DNA from: Candidatus Micrarchaeota archaeon
GTDB lineage: Archaea; Micrarchaeota; Micrarchaeia; Anstonellales; Anstonellaceae
Direction of reading: 5' to 3'
DNA: 16,099 nucleotides
Assembly: GCA_013331805.1 (NCBI GenBank)
Contig: DUFS01000080.1
Coordinates: forward strand, 1-16,099
A program made the position numbers and the translations under genes. The notes under the pieces are model-generated. The model was not told the origin of the DNA. It saw only the letters and a program-made list of their open reading frames with translations, and ran no database searches. This document shows, piece by piece, positions 6,598 to 14,107 of this stretch. Numbering within the stretch: the first letter of the stretch is position 1; each line of letters begins with the position of its first letter.

Positions 6598-7107
6598 ATG
6601 CCCTACTGCCTTGGCTGCGGCTCCATGATCGACGAATACGATTCCGGCTACTATGCGCGCAACATGTTCTGCATCCCGTGCTACAACCGCAAGGCAGTCG
6701 AGGCCACCAAGGTGCCCTGCGTCCGCTGCGGTGTTTTGACGAGGCAGGATGAAGCAAGGAGAGGGAATGCCGGGGTTTATTGCCGCCACTGTTACTTTGA
6801 GATGGAGCGCCTTGAGGGAATCGCGAAAATCCAAGCATGTCCTCTTTGCAAAAAGCCAGTGGAATCCTGGCAAAAATCCATGAAATCGCCAAGCGGCGCG
6901 GTTCTGCATATTGAATGCGCGGGAAAATCCCAGCGAAAGGGGAACGCCGCACGCTGCATCCGCTGCGGCAGGGAGACCGACGTCTACAAGGTGACCAATG
7001 ACGGCTTGGTGGTCTGCTTTGCCTGCGCAAAACGCGGCGCAGAAGCGACTCCGGATTCCCCGCTCATTAGCAGAATTGTAAACCGGATCGGCTCCATGAT
7101 GGGCTGA
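6598..7107 (+). CDS. Four tandem zinc-finger (treble-clef/LIM-like) protein
   Basis: Pairs CLGC/CIPC, CVRC/CRHC, CPLC/HIEC, CIRC/CFAC. ATG 6598 is preferred over TTG 6589 because TTTTATTT at 6570-6577 is at leaderless-promoter distance. Confidence 0.8.
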   Translation: MPYCLGCGSMIDEYDSGYYARNMFCIPCYNRKAVEATKVPCVRCGVLTRQDEARRGNAGVYCRHCYFEMERLEGIAKIQACPLCKKPVESWQKSMKSPSGAVLHIECAGKSQRKGNAARCIRCGRETDVYKVTNDGLVVCFACAKRGAEATPDSPLISRIVNRIGSMMG

Positions 7108-7133
7108 TCCGGTTCCGTTCAGCCACTCTTTTT
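7081..7133 (+). terminator. Strong hairpin over the zinc-finger gene stop codon followed by a T-tract
   Basis: AACCGGATCGGCTC-catgat-GGGCTGATCCGGTT is a 14-bp stem with 2 G-U pairs. TTTTT at 7129-7133 overlaps the likely prs TATA box TTTTTAAA (7129-7136). Confidence 0.45.
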
Positions 7134-7156
7134 AAACTCCTTTCCCAAATAACTTC

Positions 7157-8029
7157 ATGGTCGCCAAGCTTCTGGTCAGCCAGAATTCTTCCTACCTTTT
7201 TCCAGCCAGCGTTGAGCTCAAGAACTTCCCTGACAAGGAAGCCCACATACTCATCCGCGATCTCGAGTCGTGCCGCGGCCAGGACGTGCAGGTGCTCCAT
7301 CGCTGCTACCCCAAGCAGGACAGTTCACTTTTGCAGCTTTTCCTGATGGGCAAGACGATCTCCAAAGCCGCTGCCCGCATGGAAGCCGTGATCCCCTACC
7401 TCCCATATGCCCGCCAGGACAAGATCTGGAAGCCGGGCGAGGCGCTTTCCGCCGAAGCCATATGCGAAATGGTGGCATCTGCCGGCTTCTCGTCCATTGC
7501 GACATTCGACTGCCACTTTGTGAAAAAAGCAGGCGAAGTCACTTATGGCGGAATAAAAATCAGGAATTTCACGCTTTCGGAAGACCTGGTCGCCTACTTC
7601 AAGGCAAAAAAGCCAGACGCGGTTTTCATTTCCCCGGACCAGGGGGCAAAATACCTGGTCAATGAGATCGGCGGCGCCTCAATGGTGAAAAAGCGCGGGG
7701 AATATTCCGCTCACAAGCGCCGCGCGGTCAGGCAGGTGGAGTCTCTCGAAGTTAACGGGAATCTGGACGTCAAGGGCAGGGACGTTGTAATACTGGATGA
7801 CATGATCGCAGGGGGGGGCACCATGATCCGCGCCACCCGCGCTGTCCTGGCGCTTGGCGCCCGATCTGTCTGCTGCGGCTGCACCCACGGGCTGTTCCTT
7901 GGCGACGCCTACACCAAGCTCCAGTCCGCAGGCGCAGAGGAAATAATCGCATCCAACACAATCGCATCAGAGGCAAGCAAAATCGACATATTAAATCCGC
8001 TGAAAGCCAAGATACTCGGCAGCTTCTGA
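7157..8029 (+). CDS. prs: Ribose-phosphate pyrophosphokinase (archaeal class III-like)
   Basis: FPDKE, PYLPYARQDK..PGEA, SPDQGA, PRPP-binding VILDDMIAGGGT, CTHGLF, SNTI. TATA about 20 nt upstream suggests a leaderless mRNA. Confidence 0.92.
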   Translation: MVAKLLVSQNSSYLFPASVELKNFPDKEAHILIRDLESCRGQDVQVLHRCYPKQDSSLLQLFLMGKTISKAAARMEAVIPYLPYARQDKIWKPGEALSAEAICEMVASAGFSSIATFDCHFVKKAGEVTYGGIKIRNFTLSEDLVAYFKAKKPDAVFISPDQGAKYLVNEIGGASMVKKRGEYSAHKRRAVRQVESLEVNGNLDVKGRDVVILDDMIAGGGTMIRATRAVLALGARSVCCGCTHGLFLGDAYTKLQSAGAEEIIASNTIASEASKIDILNPLKAKILGSF

Positions 8030-8038
8030 GAAACGGCC

Positions 8039-9598
8039 TTGCCTTTCCTGAAAGCCATTCTCATGTGCGGTGTTCTATCGTTGCAAAAGGCGATGTCAGG
8101 CGAGCTTGGGTCAAGGCGGTTCTTGGTCCGGCCGCCCGAGCCTGCGCCAGAGATGTTGTTGTCTTTGCCCTCAAGCTCGATCTACTTGGGAAAAACACTG
8201 TTGCTGCACGTTCCGTTCTTCTGGAACCCGAAAAAGCTGGTCAACCCCCACATATGCATCTGCGGCATCACTGGCTCGGGAAAATCCTATCTGATAAAGT
8301 CATTCATCACTCGCGCACGCCTGATTTTCGGTGCGCGCGCGCTCATTTTGGACTGGGCGGGGGAATATTCTGAATGGGTCCGGCTTGCTGGGGGCAAGGT
8401 GGTCTCATTCGGCAAGGACGGGCTTAACCTGCTGGACCTCGGCGGATCAACCGCCCACGCCAGGACAAGGCAGGTCGTCGAATCGCTTGAAATGCTGACT
8501 GACTTGCAGTCCTTTCCCAAGCAGCGCAGGCTCACCGAGGATGCCATCGAGCAGGCTTTTCTGTCAATGGGCCTGAAGCTGCACCAGCCCATGCGCAGGA
8601 AAAAAAGGCAGCCCACATTGGAGCAGGTTCATGCCATTCTCAAGAAAAACAGCTCGCGCGACCCCGAGGCTGCAGAGGCTGCACGCAGGATCCGCACCCT
8701 TCTCCTTTCCTCAGGCAAATCGTTTTGTTCCACCACAATCGGGATGAATGACCTTTTGTCCGGCCTGGTGTGCGTTGACCTGCACTCGCTCCCGACCGAA
8801 TCGCTGCGCAGCCTGGCCGGCCTTTCAATTCTGCAGTTCGTGAAGGAAAAGATGCGCAACGAGCCATACCGTCCGGAAGGCGGGGTTTCTCTTTTCGTGG
8901 TTGTGGATGAAGCCTGGAAAATCGCGGCAGACGAGCGTTCGGACGTGATTTCAATCGTGCGGGAGGGGCGGAAGTACGGCTTTGGCATCATCGTGGCATC
9001 ACAGAACCCGACAGACGTGCACAAGAGCATTTTCTCGAACGCGGGCACCACCTTCCTGTTCAGGCTGACGCTCTCATCAGAGCGGGAATACGTGCGCTCC
9101 TCGCTCACCTATTCGGATTACTATGAGGAGATTTCGCACGGAATGGGGGTGGGCACTGCGCTGGTGCACCTGGAGATGGCGCAGCCTCTCCGCTGCCCGC
9201 GCAATTTCATCCTTGAAAAAGTCGACGGCGAGCCGCTCATGCGCCTTGCCAGGATCCGGGGTGGTCGCATGGACGTAGAAATCGAAAAAGACGAACTGGG
9301 GCGCAGGCTCCTCTCGCTTGGCTTGTCTGACAGGAAATCGTCCGAAATACTTTCGGAATTCGAACGAAGCAGTTTTTCGCTTGAGGCAGAAAGATTCTCC
9401 TCGCTTCTGGAGTCCGCAGGAGCTACCAGGGCTTCGGTTCTCTCGTTCCTGCGCGAGCTTGGGGCAAGCGAAAAGGACCTTTTGGGCGTCTATTCCGCAA
9501 GCAGGCCAGGCAGACATCAAGGCGGGGAGGCAATGCTGCGGCTGAAAAAGAATAACTTGAGGAAAAACAAGAGCAAGGGGGGTGGCGAGCGTGCCTGA
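8039..9598 (+). CDS. HerA/VirB4/FtsK-superfamily ATPase (DUF87-type) with C-terminal helical extension
   Basis: NPHICICGITGSGKS (Walker A), LDWAGEY, VVVDEAW (Walker B), REGRKYG (Arg finger), ASQNP, and NAGT. Start uncertain: TTG 8039, ATG 8063 or ATG 8093. Confidence 0.88.
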   Translation: MPFLKAILMCGVLSLQKAMSGELGSRRFLVRPPEPAPEMLLSLPSSSIYLGKTLLLHVPFFWNPKKLVNPHICICGITGSGKSYLIKSFITRARLIFGARALILDWAGEYSEWVRLAGGKVVSFGKDGLNLLDLGGSTAHARTRQVVESLEMLTDLQSFPKQRRLTEDAIEQAFLSMGLKLHQPMRRKKRQPTLEQVHAILKKNSSRDPEAAEAARRIRTLLLSSGKSFCSTTIGMNDLLSGLVCVDLHSLPTESLRSLAGLSILQFVKEKMRNEPYRPEGGVSLFVVVDEAWKIAADERSDVISIVREGRKYGFGIIVASQNPTDVHKSIFSNAGTTFLFRLTLSSEREYVRSSLTYSDYYEEISHGMGVGTALVHLEMAQPLRCPRNFILEKVDGEPLMRLARIRGGRMDVEIEKDELGRRLLSLGLSDRKSSEILSEFERSSFSLEAERFSSLLESAGATRASVLSFLRELGASEKDLLGVYSASRPGRHQGGEAMLRLKKNNLRKNKSKGGGERA

Positions 9599-10472
9599 AA
9601 TCCTTCTGACTGAAAAAACGCGCAGCATCGGCTGCTCTTATGCCGGCAAATGGCTGCCGGATTTTTCCGCCCTTTCTTCTTTGGGCTTTGACAGGCTCGA
9701 GTCAAGCCCCAGGGAGGCGATGGTGAAAAAAGTGCAGAGCCACGACCTTGCAGGAAGGGAGCGCCTTTTTGTTGAAATCCGGCTGAAGAAAAGCTGCATC
9801 GAGCTTACGTACTCCTGCATCAAGGGCGCCGATGACGATCTTCGCAGGCTTCACGCAACCCTTCTTTTGCTTCGCGTGCTTCGGCTGCTGCCCAATATCA
9901 GGACTGATGCAGCAGCACTTTCCGAATTCCTGCTGCCCTCGCTTGAGATCTCTTCGGACATAGCCACGCAGCCTTACGAGCTGTTGCATAAGAAGTATGC
10001 TGACCTGAAGGCGGACCACGAGGCCGCCTGCATGCAAAAAAGCCGCATCATGCGCACAAGCGAGGAGGAGGCCAGAAGGTCCCTGAAGTTGGAATCAGAT
10101 CTTGAGGCGCTTCGGGACCGCGTCCGGAAGCTGGAGGCGATTTCGGATTCTGCGCTTTGTGAATCGCTGCTCTCCTGGGTCAGCGTGCACCGCGGCGAAC
10201 TTGACCTTGCCGTTTTTTCCGAGGCAAGGAAAATCCCGCTTTCGCGCTGCGAGGAGGGCCTTGGGATTCTCCTTGAGCAAGGTTCGCTGATAAGGCTTCG
10301 GGGCGGGGCCTTTCAGCCTGCCCCCAACGCCGCAAAAAGGTCGTTTGGAGTAATGCCCAGGGGCGTGTTTTCATTGTATTGGAATTCCTATATTCCAATG
10401 CGGACAAAGCTTCGCAAAGCTTTGTCCTTCCTTGCCAGGAAAAAAAGCGGGCCCGGTCTGCGCATCAAATGA
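9591..10472 (+). CDS. Hypothetical protein: alpha/beta N-domain, coiled coil and winged-helix domain
   Basis: GTG at 9591 follows a GGGGGTGG SD and overlaps the ATPase stop. Heptad region YELLHKKY...DRVRKLE is followed by wH-like LLSWVSVHRGELDLAVFSEARKIPLSRCEEGLGILLEQGSL. Confidence 0.75.
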   Translation: MPEILLTEKTRSIGCSYAGKWLPDFSALSSLGFDRLESSPREAMVKKVQSHDLAGRERLFVEIRLKKSCIELTYSCIKGADDDLRRLHATLLLLRVLRLLPNIRTDAAALSEFLLPSLEISSDIATQPYELLHKKYADLKADHEAACMQKSRIMRTSEEEARRSLKLESDLEALRDRVRKLEAISDSALCESLLSWVSVHRGELDLAVFSEARKIPLSRCEEGLGILLEQGSLIRLRGGAFQPAPNAAKRSFGVMPRGVFSLYWNSYIPMRTKLRKALSFLARKKSGPGLRIK

Positions 10473-10485
10473 ACCCGCAAAACTG

Positions 10486-12678
10486 CTAGGCTGACTTTTT
10501 CTTTTTCTTTGGAACTGCCGCTTTTGGAGCCGTTTGCTTCTTCAATTTCCCAACTTTCTTAATTTGTGCATCTTGCAGGGTGGGCGGAGTTTCTCCCCGT
10601 GTGGGCGTTTGCTTTTTTTCCTCGCCGCCTTTTTCAGCAGCTGCTTTCGGGGCTGGCATTGGCTTTGCCCAGCCCTTCTTGGTTTCGCACAAGGGGTCCA
10701 GGCACATCTCAAAAGGCTTCCTTGCCTTGCGGATCACGCGGATTGTGGGCGTGCCGCACTTCTCGCACGCCTTTCCAAGCGCGATTATCTTCGCATTCTG
10801 GGGAAGGGGGTAGGTCGAGGTGCAATTCGGATAGTTCGAGCATCCCACGAACTGCTTCCCCAGCCGCGAGCGGATGACACGAAGCTCGCCATTGCCGCAC
10901 TTAACGCACTTCCCAAGCAATGATTCGCCCATCTCCTTTTTCTTGAGCCCGGAAAGCAGCCCAAGCCCGATGTCCTTTTCGTTGCCCCCGAACTTTTCCA
11001 ATATCGTTCGCAGCAGCCTTTTCCCGTCCTCGATCGCCTTCTTCTCATTCTCCCCGTCAGCGATCTTCTCCATCTCCTCCTCTATCTGCCTGGTGAGCTC
11101 CTCGTCAAGTATTTCAGGCGCGAGTTTGGAAAGGCTGTCATACACCGCTATGCCAAACGGAGTGACCTTTATGCTGGTGCCGGAAACATAGCCCCTCCTG
11201 AAAAGCGTTTCGACCACCGATGCGCGGGTAGCCTTGGTTCCCAGCCCCTTTTTCTCAAGCTCGGAGACAATCGATGCAGGCGTGAAGCGCTTGGGCGGCT
11301 GGGTCTTTTTCTCATGCATGGCAAATCCGGCCATCTCCACTGTTTCCCCTTCGGAAAAGGGCGGAAGCAGCACCTCGTCCAGTTTCACGTAGGGCGAATA
11401 AATGGAAAACCAGCCCTGCTCGACGGTGCGGTTGCCGGAGCATGCGTATTTTTCCCCGCCCGCAAGTATCTCCACACGCTGCGCCTCCCTTTTGGCCTGC
11501 TTGCCAAAGCACGACAGGAACCTCTTTGCAATGAGGTCGTAAAGCTTCATCTCCCTCTCCCCAAGCTGCCTGTAATACCCTGTTGGGTGTATTGCAGGAT
11601 GCGCAGGGTCCTCCTTTTTCCCCTCCAGGGGCACGGTGCGGTTTTCAGATAGAAGCGCCCTTGCGGATTCGCCATACTGCCCAACCTTGGAAAGCGACTC
11701 GATTATGCGCTTCAGGTTGAGCTTTGCCGGGAGCTTCTGCGAGCTCGTTCTTGGATAGGAAATCACGGTGGATTCGTAAAGCGTTTGGGCAATCTGAAGC
11801 GTTTGGGCTGGCGCGAAATTGAACAGGCGGTAGGCCTCTACCTGGAGCGAGGTGAGGTCGAACGGGGGCATTGGCGCCTGGTAATACTCGCGGCGCTCGA
11901 CCTTCTGCACTGCGCCCGGGCTTGAGGAATTCTCAAGTGCTGCTGATGCCTCCTCTTTTTTCTGGAAACGCCCCCTGGTGTTTTCAAAAGTGGAGCCTTT
12001 TGCGCTGCAGGTGATCTCCCAGTAAGGCTTGGGGGCAAAAACGCCGATTTCCTTTTCCTTTTTTGCGAGTATCGCAAGCGCCGGCCCCTGCACCCTGCCT
12101 ATGCTCATCACCTGGTGCGCGCCAGCGCTCCTCATCGAGGACATGAGAGCCCGCGAGAGGTTGATCCCGTAAAACCAGTCCAGCATATGCCTTGCCTCGC
12201 CTGCCAGGGCATTGGGCAGGTCAAGGGGGCCCCTCCCGTCATAGGCCTCTTCCAAATCCTCATTCGTGAGGGCAGAGAACTTCATGCGGGTGCCTCCTGG
12301 CGACCCGCAGGCAAGCCGCATCACGTTGTAGCCTATCAGGCTCCCCTCAATGTCATAGTCACAAGCGCAGATGTATTCGTCCGCCCCAGGCGAAAGCTTC
12401 ACGATCGCATCGAGATATTTTTTCGAGTAGCCGGCGCCCTTTTCCACCTCGTGCGTGGGCGCCCACTCTATGTTGAATGCGGGGAAGGACCGGTCTCCTT
12501 CGGCTTGCCTCAGGGTGTACAGATGCCCCACCGCTGAGACCATGACCAGGTTCTCGCCGTCCCTTTCCACTTCGTAATAGGGCACTCCGTAGAGCGATTT
12601 TTTCACAGCGCTGCCCCTTCCAAGGGCATACGCGATCTTTTCAGCGACCGATGGCTTTTCGCAGATAACAAGCTTCAT
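10486..12678 (-). CDS. topA: DNA topoisomerase type IA (archaeal TopA/Topo III)
   Basis: Toprim MKLVICEKPS, ACDYDIEG, SIGRVQGP, catalytic ISYPRT, AHPAIHPT, GLGTKATR, two C-terminal Zn ribbons and a Lys-rich tail. Start reassigned to ATG 12678. Confidence 0.95.
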   Translation of the reverse strand: MKLVICEKPSVAEKIAYALGRGSAVKKSLYGVPYYEVERDGENLVMVSAVGHLYTLRQAEGDRSFPAFNIEWAPTHEVEKGAGYSKKYLDAIVKLSPGADEYICACDYDIEGSLIGYNVMRLACGSPGGTRMKFSALTNEDLEEAYDGRGPLDLPNALAGEARHMLDWFYGINLSRALMSSMRSAGAHQVMSIGRVQGPALAILAKKEKEIGVFAPKPYWEITCSAKGSTFENTRGRFQKKEEASAALENSSSPGAVQKVERREYYQAPMPPFDLTSLQVEAYRLFNFAPAQTLQIAQTLYESTVISYPRTSSQKLPAKLNLKRIIESLSKVGQYGESARALLSENRTVPLEGKKEDPAHPAIHPTGYYRQLGEREMKLYDLIAKRFLSCFGKQAKREAQRVEILAGGEKYACSGNRTVEQGWFSIYSPYVKLDEVLLPPFSEGETVEMAGFAMHEKKTQPPKRFTPASIVSELEKKGLGTKATRASVVETLFRRGYVSGTSIKVTPFGIAVYDSLSKLAPEILDEELTRQIEEEMEKIADGENEKKAIEDGKRLLRTILEKFGGNEKDIGLGLLSGLKKKEMGESLLGKCVKCGNGELRVIRSRLGKQFVGCSNYPNCTSTYPLPQNAKIIALGKACEKCGTPTIRVIRKARKPFEMCLDPLCETKKGWAKPMPAPKAAAEKGGEEKKQTPTRGETPPTLQDAQIKKVGKLKKQTAPKAAVPKKKKKSA

Positions 12679-12815
12679 GTTTTCCCCTTTTTTGCGCGAG
12701 GGGTTATTAAATGCAGGGCAAGAGCTGTCGCGCATCAAGTCCAATTGGCATGCTTTGCCGCCGTATAGCAAAGGATTTTAACTTCGCTGCAGTTATCAGT
12801 GCGGGAGGTGGTCAG

Positions 12816-13058
12816 GTGAAGGGTCAGCTCTCGGTTGAGATGCTTGTTTTACTGGTTGTCATACTCGGGCTAGCCATTCTTGTTGCAAGCACGCTGATGA
12901 AAAGCGCAGGCAAGGCATCCGAAAAAGTCGAAGAGAAGACAGGGGCAGTCCTTGAAGGCGGGGAGGTGGAAGCAACTGGGTCGCCCGGCGACTACTGCGT
13001 GTCTGATTCTGGTTGCCGCTCAGGGGACTGCGACACATATTCCCGCAAGTGCAACTAG
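12816..13058 (+). CDS. Small class III signal peptide (type IV pilin-like) protein with C-terminal 4-Cys module
   Basis: GTG at 12816 after a GGAGGTGG SD. MKG|QLSVEMLVLLVVILGLAILV matches the KG|QxSxE motif. The protein ends CVSDSGCRSGDCDTYSRKCN. Confidence 0.85.
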   Translation: MKGQLSVEMLVLLVVILGLAILVASTLMKSAGKASEKVEEKTGAVLEGGEVEATGSPGDYCVSDSGCRSGDCDTYSRKCN

Positions 13059-13067
13059 GTGGAAAGC

Positions 13068-13484
13068 GTGCCTCCATTCCGTTTCCCAGCCCCGCCCAAC
13101 ACCGCCCACTGCACAGGCCAGCTTTCGCTCGAGGCGCTGCTCCTTTTCCTGGTCTTTCTGTCGCTTCTTGGCATAGCGTTCCTCTCAGCCTCAAGGATAG
13201 GCTCGGCTGCGCAGGAAAAAATCTCATTCGAGCTTGCCAAATCATCATTCGGGGATTTTTCCTCCAAGCTTTTTTCAGCCTGCTCCATGGGCAATGGAAA
13301 CGCCCGAACAGTGGAAATTCAAGGTGCGCCCGCAACATTAACGGCTCAAGGGAAGACGATCACATTTTCCTCTGGCAATTTTTCGGCAAAGATCGGATCT
13401 GAATGCGAAGCGGTCATTCTCCACGAAGGCCCATCGGATGGCTTCATTATAGAAAATAAGCAAGGAAAAATTGAAATCTCCTAA
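13068..13484 (+). CDS. Second class III signal peptide (pilin-like) protein
   Basis: G|QLSLEALLLFLVFLSLLGIAF hydrophobic helix followed by a beta-rich domain. GTG 13068 follows AGGTGG (track start 13059 is the alternative). The stop overlaps the convergent HAD stop at 13481-13484. Confidence 0.78.
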   Translation: MPPFRFPAPPNTAHCTGQLSLEALLLFLVFLSLLGIAFLSASRIGSAAQEKISFELAKSSFGDFSSKLFSACSMGNGNARTVEIQGAPATLTAQGKTITFSSGNFSAKIGSECEAVILHEGPSDGFIIENKQGKIEIS

Positions 13485-14107
13485 TTTCTGGTCTGCTTGC
13501 GCACATTTTCTCCCAGGAACTCCCCCAAATATTTTTCCCCAGAAAAAATGTCCTTATTGCAAAGCATGATTACGTGCACACCGGCCGTTTCGCCAGCCAT
13601 CCGGTCTTCATCATTGTCGCCGACAAAGACAGCCTCAGATGGTTTTACGTGCAGCTTTTTCAGCGCCAGCAGAATCATTGCAGGGTCGGGCTTGGGAGGG
13701 GCGTCTGCGCTGGTGACAACCGCGCTGAAATGCCTCAGGATGCCCAGCTTCCGCAGCACCAACCTTGCGCTCGACTTCCGGTTGGTTGCCGCTGCAAGGC
13801 TGTATTTTTTCGCAAGAAGCGGCACCTTTTCAACAAGTGGCAACGGCCTGACCAGATGCGTGTTCTGCATTGTGAGCTCGGACAGCCTGGAAAGCATTTT
13901 ACGTAATAGCTGTCGATTGTTTTTCAGGTCAGGGGCAAGCGAAACCAGCACTGTTTCAGCACTGTGCGCAGATGACATTTTCCTGACTTTTTTGTCACTT
14001 GCTTCAAATCCATATTCTCCCAATAGCGCCTTGGTGTTGTGCACCACAGCACGACGCGAGTCGGCAAGCACGCCGTCAATGTCAAAGATGATCGCTTTTA
14101 TTGCCAT
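13481..14107 (-). CDS. HAD-superfamily hydrolase (phosphoglycolate phosphatase-like, subfamily IA)
   Basis: Motif I FDIDGVL, ATN, KPDP, FVGDNDED. Its start overlaps the end of taw1. Confidence 0.9.
   Translation of the reverse strand: MAIKAIIFDIDGVLADSRRAVVHNTKALLGEYGFEASDKKVRKMSSAHSAETVLVSLAPDLKNNRQLLRKMLSRLSELTMQNTHLVRPLPLVEKVPLLAKKYSLAAATNRKSSARLVLRKLGILRHFSAVVTSADAPPKPDPAMILLALKKLHVKPSEAVFVGDNDEDRMAGETAGVHVIMLCNKDIFSGEKYLGEFLGENVRKQTRN

Noticed and set aside
7105..7107. Selenocysteine or read-through at the hairpin-embedded UGA
   Set aside because: The hairpin does not resemble an archaeal SECIS, the codon is not at a Cys-equivalent position, and an in-frame TAA follows a few codons later.
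8039..9598. Canonical HerA-NurA repair operon or Sir2/nuclease-HerA defence system
   Set aside because: No NurA, Mre11, Rad50, Sir2 or nuclease-motif neighbour, and the context is housekeeping genes.
12679..12815. N-terminal extensions of topA (to 12771) and of the pilin ORF (from 12711)
   Set aside because: The extensions overlap each other; the conserved Toprim start and the SD plus class III signal place the starts at 12678 and 12816.
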